The notes: a model not told the origin generated them from the letters alone. 32,000 nucleotides of DNA from Desulfosporosinus sp. Sb-LF (GCF_004766055.1 NZ_SPQR01000013.1:53829-85828); one strand, 5' to 3'; shown: positions 17,994 through 26,399, numbered from the stretch's first letter. Translations and numbers: made by a program.

Positions 17994-18730
17994 GGCAAGC
18001 AGGGTTAGACCTTGGCTCGGTTAATACGAAGTTGGTTGTCTTAAATAATGGGGAACGAATTTACAGCCGAGTCATACCCTCCCGTTTCGATTCTGTCCAA
18101 GCGGGTATAACCTTATTAAAGACCTATGTCGAAGAACACGGAGAGAAACCTGACAAGCTCGTGGTCACAGGGTATGGACGAGTAAACTTTCCAGAGGGTC
18201 GGGTCATTACAGAAATTACTTGTCAAAGTAGAGGGTGTCACGCCTATTTTCCAGATAATGCGCACATTCTCGACTTAGGGGGGCAAGACGCTAAGGTAAT
18301 TAAGAAAAATGCCGAAGGAAGAGTCGTTCAGTTCATTATGAATGACAAGTGTGCCGCCGGAACGGGGCGTTTTTTGGATGTTATCCTTAAGGGATTGGAT
18401 CTAACGACGGAGGAGCTGGATTTAGCTGCAGAGGCTAAGCCAATGCCTATCAATTCGATGTGTACGGTTTTCGCTGAATCGGAAGTCATTACCCTGCTTG
18501 CCAAAGGGATTCCAAAACCCGAGGTGATTGCAGGTCTCTTCAAAAGCACGGCCAAACGTCTCGCTAATTTTGTCGAGTCTGTCGGACATCCCGATGATTT
18601 AATTTTCACGGGTGGAGGCGCACATTATGGTCTCCTAGTCCACTTTCTTGAACAGGAGTTAAAGGCGAAGATTATAATACCATCGGAGCCTGAGTTAACC
18701 GCTGCTTTAGGCGCAGCATCCCTTGCATAA
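17990..18730 (+). CDS. Acyl-CoA dehydratase activase (BadF/BadG/BcrA/BcrD ATPase family)
   Basis: GLDLGSVNTKLVVL, DLGGQDAKVI, NDKCAAGTGRFLDV, FTGGGAHYGLL motifs; ATGA stop/start overlap with the upstream gene. Confidence 0.94.
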   Translation: MRQAGLDLGSVNTKLVVLNNGERIYSRVIPSRFDSVQAGITLLKTYVEEHGEKPDKLVVTGYGRVNFPEGRVITEITCQSRGCHAYFPDNAHILDLGGQDAKVIKKNAEGRVVQFIMNDKCAAGTGRFLDVILKGLDLTTEELDLAAEAKPMPINSMCTVFAESEVITLLAKGIPKPEVIAGLFKSTAKRLANFVESVGHPDDLIFTGGGAHYGLLVHFLEQELKAKIIIPSEPELTAALGAASLA

Positions 18731-18792
18731 AAATAACGGTAGCACTTGCTTACCGATTTGATTATGATTACCGGTCGAAAGGCAGTCGGTAT

Positions 18793-18864
18793 TCCGGGAT
18801 GGTGGTGGTAGCACATGTGTTTCTGGAGCATATAGCCTGGGTTCGAATCCCAGTCCCGGAGCCA
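18793..18864 (+). tRNA. tRNA-Gln(CTG)
   Basis: Manual fold: acceptor TCCGGGA/TCCCGGA, D stem GTG/CAC, anticodon loop TTCTGGA (anticodon CTG), T arm CTGGG-TTCGAAT-CCCAG, discriminator G, encoded CCA. Confidence 0.9.
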
Positions 18865-18872
18865 AAACACAA

Positions 18873-18947
18873 GGCCCCATGGTCAAGCGGCTAAGACGTC
18901 GCCTTCTCAAGGCGAAATCAGGGGTTCGATTCCCCTTGGGGATACCA
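18873..18947 (+). tRNA. tRNA-Glu(CTC)
   Basis: Manual fold: anticodon stem TCGCC/GGCGA with loop TTCTCAA (anticodon CTC), T arm AGGGG-TTCGATT-CCCCT, A + CCA end; acceptor GGCCCCA/TGGGGAT is imperfect at positions 1:72 and 2:71. Confidence 0.82.
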
Positions 18948-19031
18948 AATGGTTTTAAAGAATCATCAATTCATTGTTTGGTAGAAAACAAAGGTTGGTG
19001 ATTTTTAGCAATAGAAAAGGAGGACAACGGA

Positions 19032-19370
19032 ATGGTTAATATTACAGAACTCGCAGCACAAAAGGTCAAAGAGGTGCTAAAAATGCAAAATAAAGAAGAT
19101 GCATTTCTTCGTCTCTATCTTGCAGGGTCTGGTTGTAGTAGACCGAATTTTGGCATGACTCTGGATGAATCCAAAATGGATGAAGATATTCTTGACGAAG
19201 AATTTGGTGTTAGAATACTCACGGATCAAAAACTTTCTATTTATTTAGAGGGAGCCATCATTGACTTTGTCGAGGCAAATGGCAGTGGGGGTTTCGAAAT
19301 ACGTACGGCAAAGATCTCTGATGGCGGAAGCTGTGGTGGAGGTTGTGGTGGCTGCAGCGGAAGCTGTTAA
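19032..19370 (+). CDS. HesB/IscA-like iron-sulfur-related protein with Cys/Gly-rich tail
   Basis: VNITELAAQKVKEVL...FLRLYLAGSGCSRPNFGMTLDE, C-terminal SDGGSCGGGCGGCSGSC; AAGGAGG RBS. Confidence 0.85.
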   Translation: MVNITELAAQKVKEVLKMQNKEDAFLRLYLAGSGCSRPNFGMTLDESKMDEDILDEEFGVRILTDQKLSIYLEGAIIDFVEANGSGGFEIRTAKISDGGSCGGGCGGCSGSC

Positions 19371-19470
19371 TATGGCAGGAAAAAGAGAGCCCGATTTAAT
19401 TTGAGGCTCTCTTTGATTATTGGAATTTCTATTACTTAATGATAAAATCAGATAAGGAGGTGGCATAGAA

Positions 19471-19650
19471 ATGAGTGAAGAAGAAAGTAAGCTGTGGCAA
19501 TGCCAGATGCAAAGTTGTGGATATATTTATAATTCCGAAAAAGGCTGTAAAAAAAGTAAGATACCTAAGGATGTTCGCTTTGAGGAATTGCCTGATACTT
19601 GGAGATGTCCCTTATGTGGGGCTGGCAAAAAGATGTTTAAACCTGTGTAA
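19471..19650 (+). CDS. Rubredoxin (59 aa, first motif CX4C)
   Basis: Translation MSEEESKLWQCQMQSCGYIYNSEKGCKKSKIPKDVRFEELPDTWRCPLCGAGKKMFKPV; RBS AAGGAGG; absent from the supplied ORF track because it is below 60 aa. Confidence 0.93.
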   Translation: MSEEESKLWQCQMQSCGYIYNSEKGCKKSKIPKDVRFEELPDTWRCPLCGAGKKMFKPV

Positions 19651-19841
19651 GTTTCAAGGCATCCGTTTATTGGGTGCTGTCTTATGCTTATAACTACCTA
19701 TAACTGGAGGATAAATGTTATAAGAGAAGAACTCTTGGTTCTAACATCCATAAATTCCTTTTTATTACACTTTGAAACGTAAAAATTATTGTATTTTGTA
19801 AAAAATGATTTATTATGATGAGGACTTTTTAAAGTGCAATG

Positions 19842-19880
19842 AAGCCTTCAGAAGAGCATTACTTTTCTAAAGGCTTTTTT
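19842..19880 (+). terminator. Hairpin with T-run
   Basis: AAGCCTTCAGAAGAG ... CTTTTCTAAAGGCTT followed by TTTT. Confidence 0.6.
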
Positions 19881-19903
19881 CATATGTTTGAAAGGAAGAT
19901 CTG

Positions 19904-20399
19904 ATGCATAATAAGACAGAAGAAACCAACACATTTTACCAACCAATCATCTCCGTTGCCAAAAAAATCATAGGGATTGAAAGTTTAGCAAGAGGGCTAG
20001 ATAAGCTAAAAGGAACAGTTATTTCTCCTCTTGAAAGTAATAAAACAGAGGATTTCGATGATTTGCTTGTGGAAGTTGTTAACAAACAAGAAAACCGAGT
20101 TAAGCATTGAATGTGCATATATACTTGATGAACAAGGCGTTCAGGTCAGTAACACAATATTTAGTAGTGCTGACAGAAAGTATCGTCAAATACTAATGTT
20201 TTATCCGGCCGTAAAAGGTGCAGATAACTCACTAAAGAAATATTATTATAAACTCATGAATTCTAGAGAGCGTAAGTATCTTTCTAACCCTTATGTGTCC
20301 CATGCGACCGGGAATGTTTGTATAACGGCGACTAGCGTTTTCATGCAAACTAATAATAAAAACTATATATTATGTGTAGATTTGATACATGAATTATAG
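19904..20399 (+). pseudogene. Probable remnant of an EAL-domain/sensor-type protein, internally deleted and frameshifted
   Basis: Frame of 19904..20110 gives FYQPIISVAKKIIGIESLARG (EAL start-like) and stops; +1 frame continues as SIECAYILDEQGVQVSNTIFSS...YYYKLMNSRERKYLSNPYVSHATGNVCITATSVF...NYILCVDL, a sensor-domain-like tail. Confidence 0.5.
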
Positions 20400-20605
20400 C
20401 CAAAAGGTAACAATAAAGGGCGATTAGCAAAGTCTCAATATGGACGTGAGATTCCATAATGTTAAAGTAAGCCTTATTAAAATGATGAATCAACTTGACA
20501 GCGAGCTCAACAAATTGATTTATTCCAATGCGTGGATAATGTTATGGAGCAGATCAGATGTGTCAGAATGAGAGCCGCTAATAGTTTTAAAATGGGGGTA
20601 ATAAT

Positions 20606-20827
20606 ATGGCAGAAATCAAATTCGAAATCAAAGAAACCATTGGTGTCCTTTCACAGTCAGCAAAAGGATGGTCTAAGGAGCTTAGCCTTGTAAGTTGGAA
20701 TGACAAAGAACCGAAGTATGATATTCGGGAATGGTCGCCCGATCATTCGAAGATGGGGAAGGGTGTAACATTAACCGCGGAAGAGTTGCAAAAGTTAAGG
20801 GATCTACTGAATGGAATTAATCTTTGA
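20606..20827 (+). CDS. YdbC/PC4-like seryl-tRNA-free ssDNA-binding family protein (PC4-type transcriptional coactivator family)
   Basis: IKFEIKETIGVLSQSAKGWSKELSLVSWNDKEPKYDIREWSPDHSKMGKGVTLTAEELQKLRDLL matches the compact PC4-like family in Firmicutes. Confidence 0.82.
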   Translation: MAEIKFEIKETIGVLSQSAKGWSKELSLVSWNDKEPKYDIREWSPDHSKMGKGVTLTAEELQKLRDLLNGINL

Positions 20828-20840
20828 ATTGCAATTGTAA

Positions 20841-20875
20841 AAAATAGCACTTGCTTAAGCGACAAGTGCTATTTT
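20841..20875 (+). terminator. Terminator after PC4-like gene
   Basis: AAAATAGCACTTG-CTTAAGCGA-CAAGTGCTATTTT perfect 13-bp stem. Confidence 0.85.
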
Positions 20876-21021
20876 AATAGGCTGGTGCCGCCAATCAGCG
20901 AGGTGTTATATACCAAATAATCTAAATGGATTCACCCCCGCAAAGTTTCCCGTTTTATACAGCCTTTGAAAAATGGTCAGCGATATAAATAAATAATGGC
21001 GGTTAAGATGAAGACGGTAAA

Positions 21022-22371
21022 TTATACACCATATTTTTTCAGACGATAAAGTAGAGTCGGACGAGAAATGCCTAAATATTTAGCGACCTTTGTCTGGTTA
21101 TTATTATGCTTTTCCATAGCCTTGATAATAAGGTGTTTCTCCAACTCTTCTAATGAGAAACCACCCTCTGTAAGGCTTATTACAGGCGTTATAGTTTCCT
21201 CTGAGTTATTAAGTAATTCCTTGGGAAAATGGACTGGCTTAATTTCAGCGCCCTGACAAACAATGAGCGCTCTTTCAATCGCGTTCTGAAGCTCTCTTAT
21301 ATTACCAGGCCAGTTATAGCGAGTTAGAACTTTCATCGATTCTGAGGAAATTTTCTTGCTGCGGGAAGGATCAAATTTTTCAAGAAAATGATTAACCAGA
21401 AGGGGAATATCTTCTTTCCTTGATCTAAGCGGCGGCATAATGATATGCAGGACATTTAGTCGATAATAAAGGTCCTCCCTGAAGGCACCATTGGCAATGG
21501 CCGTGGTAAGATCTACATTCGTGGTGGCAATGACTCGGACATCGACATGGATGGTTTCAGTGCCTCCAACTCGTTCAAAACACCGTTCCTGTAGTACCCT
21601 CAGTAACTTCGCCTGCATACTGAGTGGCATTTCTCCGCTCTCATCCAGGAAAATCGTTCCCTTATCAGCAAGTTCAAATCGGCCCTTCTTTTTACTGGTT
21701 GCCCCTGTAAAGGCACCTTTTTCATGGCCAAATAACTCGCTTTCTAACAGTTGTTCTGGAAGGGCCGCACAGTTTACCGCTACAAAGGGCTTATCAGCTC
21801 GGTTGCTAGCTTTATGTATTTCCACAGCAGCGACTTCTTTGCCAGTTCCACTTTCTCCTGTTATCAGAACAGTTGCACTCGTTTTCGCAACCTGTTGAAC
21901 TAAGAGGGCAACCTCTTTCATAGCCTCACTCTGGCCAACAATTTTCCCGTACTTCTTACCTAATTCCTGACGTAGAAAATCAACCTGGTTTTCTAAATTA
22001 GAGAGATGTAAGGCTTGCTTAACATGTACCTTTAATTCCTCTAGCTTAAAAGGTTTCGTAATGTAATCCGTGGCCCCAATTTTCATGGCTTCGATTGCAG
22101 TGTCAATGGTGCCGTGGGCGGTAATCATAATGACAGGTATGCTGAAGTTTATTTTTTTAATCTCTTTTAAAACCTCAATACCATCAATGTCTGGCATCTT
22201 TAAATCCAATATTACCATCGAGGGTTCGTTTTTTTGGGCCAAGTCAATCCCTTGTAAACCTCTTGTGGCAGTGGCTACCTGATAGCCTTCATGACTTAGT
22301 GCCCTCTCGAGGGCCCAGCACATTCTTTCTTCATCGTCAATTACCAGAATTTTCGGTGTCAAGAAGATCAC
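21022..22371 (-). CDS. Sigma-54-dependent response regulator (NtrC/AtoC family)
   Basis: Receiver domain ILVIDDEERM...VILDLKMPDIDG, AAA+ GESGTGKE and GAFTGA motifs, C-terminal Fis-type HTH NNNQTKVAKYLGISRPTLLYRLKKYG. Confidence 0.96.
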   Translation of the reverse strand: MIFLTPKILVIDDEERMCWALERALSHEGYQVATATRGLQGIDLAQKNEPSMVILDLKMPDIDGIEVLKEIKKINFSIPVIMITAHGTIDTAIEAMKIGATDYITKPFKLEELKVHVKQALHLSNLENQVDFLRQELGKKYGKIVGQSEAMKEVALLVQQVAKTSATVLITGESGTGKEVAAVEIHKASNRADKPFVAVNCAALPEQLLESELFGHEKGAFTGATSKKKGRFELADKGTIFLDESGEMPLSMQAKLLRVLQERCFERVGGTETIHVDVRVIATTNVDLTTAIANGAFREDLYYRLNVLHIIMPPLRSRKEDIPLLVNHFLEKFDPSRSKKISSESMKVLTRYNWPGNIRELQNAIERALIVCQGAEIKPVHFPKELLNNSEETITPVISLTEGGFSLEELEKHLIIKAMEKHNNNQTKVAKYLGISRPTLLYRLKKYGV

Positions 22372-23914
22372 TCCTGTCGCAAAATTGTGGAATTACGGGA
22401 AGATTAATGATAAAGGTTGATCCCTTGCCCAGGCCACTATTCACATCGATCGTTCCACCATGCAGTTGAATACTTTGATAGGATATCGATAGTCCTAGAC
22501 CGGTGCCTGTTTTCTTGGTCGTGTAGAAGGGATCAAATATTCTTAGCGTTTCCTCTGCCGGGATGCCCTCTCCGGTATCTGAGAAACTGATCATAATCAT
22601 GTTGTCAGTTTCTTTTGTTATTATTTCTAATTTGCCACCTGAAGGCATAGCTTCGGCAGCATTTACAATGATATTGACAAAGACCTTTTTTAGCTTTTCG
22701 GTATCGGCTAAAATCTTAGAAAGGTTGCTGTCAAGCTGCAATTCAACACTTACCTTCTGCCCTCTTAACATCGCTGCTGAAAAAGAGAGGACTCCCGTGA
22801 TCAAATCGTTGACGGAACACTCCTTAATAGAAACTTTGGTAGGACGTCCAAAGTCCAGGAGTTCTTGAATTTCCATGTCCTGACGGTCAACCTGTTCGTC
22901 TATGGCCTTTGTAAATTCCTCGATACCACTTACTTGCGAGTATTCTTGCTTCATAAGTTCGACTAAGGTTTTGATAATACCGATAGGGTTACGCAATTCA
23001 TGAGCCACACCCGTTGCTAAACGACCAAGCGCAATAAGGTGTTCGGATTGCTTGAGTTGGTCTTCAAGCCGTTCCTTTTCGCCTAGGCCTACAGCCATCC
23101 TGTTGACGGCTTGGGCTACTTGCCCCAGTTCACCCGACATCTCAGGCAACAAGTGATGGATATCTTTCTCCATACTTTGTAATCCCAGCTTTAAGCGGTC
23201 GACCCCTGTGGTTAAATTTCTGATGATTAAAAGGGTACCAATCATAACTAAGGCTAGAACGCCAAGCATGAAATAACGTAGTAGTTTCCGAAAGTAATTA
23301 CTCTGGTAAAAGAAGGGATTAAGTCGCTCCTCAACCCACATAACGGCGACTACTTTCCCTTTTAGTACAACTGGAGAAGTGTACTCAACGACCTGATCAT
23401 CCCAAGAACCAGAAATCCGAAAGAGTGGTCCGTTATCCACCTCGGTCGCTATCAGGCCTGGTTTAGCATTGGCAAAGATTTCTCTCTCCCTCTGAGCTTC
23501 TTCTTCCTGCGAGAGGTTACGATAATTATGTAGGAAACCTAATACCGTAATCTTCTCTGTACGAGGAACATATAGACCGAAACGGATGCCTGGATTTGCA
23601 GGAATTTGGGGTTCTACGGCCTGGGTAAACTCATTAGTAAGGATGGCTAATGAGATATCTTGTGGCGGCCCTGACCAGCTTAACTCTAAATTTCTCGAAA
23701 ACTCATTGTTTGTACTTTTGACCAAGGCCTCCAGTCGCTGCTCTTTGTCCAAGAATACAACTTCATCCGTCCGTGAGGCAAAAAAGATGTCGTACATAAA
23801 AGCGACTAAAGGTACAAGCATGATTGCTGCTATGATAATCACGATCTGATTCGTAAGGCTATAGCGTTTAAAAAAAGAAAATATTTTTTTATTTCTAATA
23901 TTGATCATCTCCAT
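22337..23914 (-). CDS. Membrane sensor histidine kinase
   Basis: Two TM segments flanking an extracytoplasmic region, HAMP-like linker, H-box ATGVAHELRNPIGIIKTLVE, N/G boxes NIIVNAAEAMP, DTGEGIP, TKKTGTGLGLSI; overlaps response-regulator gene start. Confidence 0.94.
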   Translation of the reverse strand: MEMINIRNKKIFSFFKRYSLTNQIVIIIAAIMLVPLVAFMYDIFFASRTDEVVFLDKEQRLEALVKSTNNEFSRNLELSWSGPPQDISLAILTNEFTQAVEPQIPANPGIRFGLYVPRTEKITVLGFLHNYRNLSQEEEAQREREIFANAKPGLIATEVDNGPLFRISGSWDDQVVEYTSPVVLKGKVVAVMWVEERLNPFFYQSNYFRKLLRYFMLGVLALVMIGTLLIIRNLTTGVDRLKLGLQSMEKDIHHLLPEMSGELGQVAQAVNRMAVGLGEKERLEDQLKQSEHLIALGRLATGVAHELRNPIGIIKTLVELMKQEYSQVSGIEEFTKAIDEQVDRQDMEIQELLDFGRPTKVSIKECSVNDLITGVLSFSAAMLRGQKVSVELQLDSNLSKILADTEKLKKVFVNIIVNAAEAMPSGGKLEIITKETDNMIMISFSDTGEGIPAEETLRIFDPFYTTKKTGTGLGLSISYQSIQLHGGTIDVNSGLGKGSTFIINLPVIPQFCDRSDLLDTENSGN

Positions 23915-24054
23915 ATTATGTGAGATTAAAAAATTGAATCATATAATACATAATAGTAATGGCTTTGATGCAATGATAAAAATGCCCAAATTCAAACTAA
24001 AAACGGAGTATAGAGACGATAAACCGTTCAAATAGAATTATCTGATCTTTGGGC

Positions 24055-24078
24055 GAAGTGTATCATTTGATACACTTC
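24055..24078. promoter_or_regulatory. Perfect palindrome, candidate enhancer/UAS
   Basis: GAAGTGTATCA-TT-TGATACACTTC, 11-bp arms, in the divergent intergenic region between the kinase gene and the sigma-54 promoter. Confidence 0.6.
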
Positions 24079-24124
24079 TTTTTATTTTAATGAATAAAAG
24101 GTTGAATCTAATGGGTTTCTAGGG

Positions 24125-24141
24125 TTGGTACGCTATTTGCT
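24125..24141 (+). promoter_or_regulatory. Sigma-54 (-24/-12) promoter
   Basis: TTGGTACGCTATTTGCT: GG-N10-GC spacing and near match to TTGGCACG-N4-TTGCW. Confidence 0.8.
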
Positions 24142-24308
24142 ATATAAAGAATTATATCACAAGGATGATAGGAGGGAAGATAGTAATTTAGTATGGAGAG
24201 GCATTCATCCTGGACGTTGCTAAGCACAACACAACCGTAGGTAGAGTCCCCTAGGGTAAGTCTAGATAATAGGGGCGTAAGAATTTTTGAAGGGGGTGAT
24301 GATATACA

Positions 24309-24518
24309 TTGAATTTCAACGTGAATTGCGAACGATGTAGAGTTCCCTTCAAAAAAGGAGACGTTTACAATTACAGAGGCAATAATCTATGCGAGGATTG
24401 CTATGTTCTTCTGTACCTGTTCGACAGGGAAGCTCCCGATGTCTATTTGCCAGATAAAGTACAGCTGCGTCCCAAAATTCCGGTGGCTGTAGGGCGTCGA
24501 TTATCAACTAAAGGGTAA
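24309..24518 (+). CDS. Small zinc-finger-like protein (69 aa)
   Basis: CERC...CEDC cysteine pairs; TTG start with GGGGTGAT RBS; lies downstream of the sigma-54 promoter. Confidence 0.65.
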   Translation: MNFNVNCERCRVPFKKGDVYNYRGNNLCEDCYVLLYLFDREAPDVYLPDKVQLRPKIPVAVGRRLSTKG

Positions 24519-24614
24519 GTTGATAAGACAAGAGCTAACTAATGGTCTATTGTAAGTTCCGGATTAACGGTCGTGAAAGAAATCCCTTTCATTAGCTTAA
24601 GTAATTGATGCAAC

Positions 24615-25568
24615 ATGTTTAACCGTAGGAGGTCAAACACAATGATTGAAAATTTATTTACTCATGCCAGTTCATTATTTATAGCAACCAATGTTGCTGT
24701 AGCGCAAGCAGCTGGTACACCTGGAGTACCATGGTGGGTGTGGCCTCTTGCCTTACTAGTGACGACCTTTCTGATTGGGATAGTCGCTTCGCTAGCCGGA
24801 GTTGGCGGTAGTGTACTGTATGTGCCAATTGTCAGTAGCTTTTTCCCGTTTAACTTCGATTTCATTCGTGGCTCTGGCTTGTTTGTAGCACTTGCATGTT
24901 CGTTGTCTGCAGCGCCCAAACTATTAAAACTAAATTTAGCAAGCCTGCGCCTGGTTATTCCCTTAGCTTTAATTGCTTCATCCTCAAGTATTGTAGGCGC
25001 ATATTTAGGACTTTCCTTACCGCAAAGTATTCTTAAGATTTTATTAGGCGTTTTAATCACAGGTATTGCAGTTCTTTTCATTTTCTCCAAAAACAGTGAG
25101 ATCCCCGTAATCGGAACTCCTGACCCCTTAACCCGATATTTAAATATCGGAGGTGCATATTTCGAGCCTTCTAATGGTAAAAATGTTACTTGGTCTGTAT
25201 GGAGACTCCCAATTGGACTGGTACTTTTCTGTTGTATTGGAATTATCGCTGGAATGTTCGGAATCGGTGCAGGCTGGGCTAACGTGCCAGTACTCAACAT
25301 GCTTCTGGGTGCACCCCTTAAAATTGCTGTTGGCACTAGTATGTCATTGTTGGCCATCACAGACACTTCAGCGGCATGGATTTATTTGAACCAAGGTGCG
25401 GTGCTTCCTATCATAACGATTCCATCTGTTTTAGGAATTATGGTGGGCTCGCGGGTTGGTGTTATTCTATTAAAAACTGCTAAGCCGAAATCTATCCGGT
25501 ATATTGTTATTCTCATGTTATTGTTCGCTGGATTGAAGTCTTTATTAGCAGGATTAGGATGGGGGTAA
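24615..25568 (+). CDS. TauE/SafE-family sulfite exporter-like permease
   Basis: IGIVASLAGVGGSVLYVPI and GMFGIGAGWANVPVLNMLLGAPLKIAVGTSMSLL repeated TauE/SafE motifs, about 8 TM segments; ATG at 24642 is an alternative start. Confidence 0.9.
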   Translation: MFNRRRSNTMIENLFTHASSLFIATNVAVAQAAGTPGVPWWVWPLALLVTTFLIGIVASLAGVGGSVLYVPIVSSFFPFNFDFIRGSGLFVALACSLSAAPKLLKLNLASLRLVIPLALIASSSSIVGAYLGLSLPQSILKILLGVLITGIAVLFIFSKNSEIPVIGTPDPLTRYLNIGGAYFEPSNGKNVTWSVWRLPIGLVLFCCIGIIAGMFGIGAGWANVPVLNMLLGAPLKIAVGTSMSLLAITDTSAAWIYLNQGAVLPIITIPSVLGIMVGSRVGVILLKTAKPKSIRYIVILMLLFAGLKSLLAGLGWG

Positions 25569-25574
25569 AAACAT

Positions 25575-26063
25575 ATGAGTAGTCAAACATTTGTTCAAAA
25601 TAATCGTGTAAAAAGTGTCGTAATCAGTCAACCTAAGGCTATTGTTTCCACGAACGTGGAAGTAAGCCCGGAACAGAATAGATATGCTAGTATTTTGTTA
25701 GTTTGCTCATGGGCTGGAATCATTGTAATGCTGATAACGTTCCTTCTGTATATGGGTGGCCTTTTTAATCCTCTTGTTAAACCTTCGGACATGCCGCTTT
25801 ATTGGGGATTGAATGTGCATCAGTACTTGCAGGTTACACATGCACCTAGTGGTTGGGACTGGATGAGATTGATTAATCATGCTGATTATTTAAATTTAGT
25901 TGGGTTAGCTTTTTTGGGAATTGTCTCAGTTCTTGGGTATATTTCACTCTTTATAGATTACTCGCGTAAGAAAGATTTTCCGTTCCTCTTAATGGTTGCT
26001 TTGGAGATTTTAGTAATTACTTTAGCTGCTTCCGGTATTTTTCGCATCTCTGGGGGAGCGTGA
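25575..26063 (+). CDS. Membrane protein with DUF1634-like layout
   Basis: Three hydrophobic segments, 6 bp downstream of the TauE/SafE gene, such pairing is typical of DUF1634 proteins. Confidence 0.7.
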   Translation: MSSQTFVQNNRVKSVVISQPKAIVSTNVEVSPEQNRYASILLVCSWAGIIVMLITFLLYMGGLFNPLVKPSDMPLYWGLNVHQYLQVTHAPSGWDWMRLINHADYLNLVGLAFLGIVSVLGYISLFIDYSRKKDFPFLLMVALEILVITLAASGIFRISGGA

Positions 26064-26135
26064 TTTTGACAATCGCTAAAGTGTAGGCACAGATAATTTT
26101 AGACCAAGAAAGTTTGGTTATATACTTTATTAGTC

Positions 26136-26190
26136 AAAACAGAATAAGCCCCGAAGAGATGCATTTGCTCTTCGGGGCTTATTCTGTTTT
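26136..26190 (+). terminator. Terminator of the TauE/SafE operon
   Basis: AAAACAGAATAAGCCCCGAAGAG / CTCTTCGGGGCTTATTCTGTTTT, 23-bp perfect stem, 9-nt loop. Confidence 0.9.
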
Positions 26191-26399
26191 GGCCATTTTA
26201 ACGACGCTAAACTTAATAAAATTGTAGTGCGTTGTTAGCGAGAAACTATATAAATCACAGAGTTGTAAAATAATTGGTTATAATCTCTTGAGTTGACTAT
26301 GGACCCAACAAGGGAAATATTGGTTAGATAACTATAGACATAATACTTTCCTCAGTGTTAATCTTTATTTGTATAGTTGTATTAAAAGGAGGTGCGGTT

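Noticed and set aside
18625-18910. Minus-strand ORFs over 18625..18910
   Set aside because: They are antisense translations of the activase end and tRNA genes (GLGFEPRLYAPETH is a typical tRNA antisense peptide).
19475-19693. ORF MKKKVSCGNARCKVVDIF...
   Set aside because: Out-of-frame overlap with the rubredoxin gene, which has the RBS and the family motifs.
24193-24240. 15-codon ORF MERHSSWTLLSTTQP as a leader peptide in the sigma-54 transcript
   Set aside because: The GGAGGG run is too far upstream of the ATG for normal initiation and no attenuator pair was identified.
24248-24275. CCCCTA...TAGGGG hairpin as a riboswitch
   Set aside because: Only a 6-bp stem; no known riboswitch consensus was recognised.
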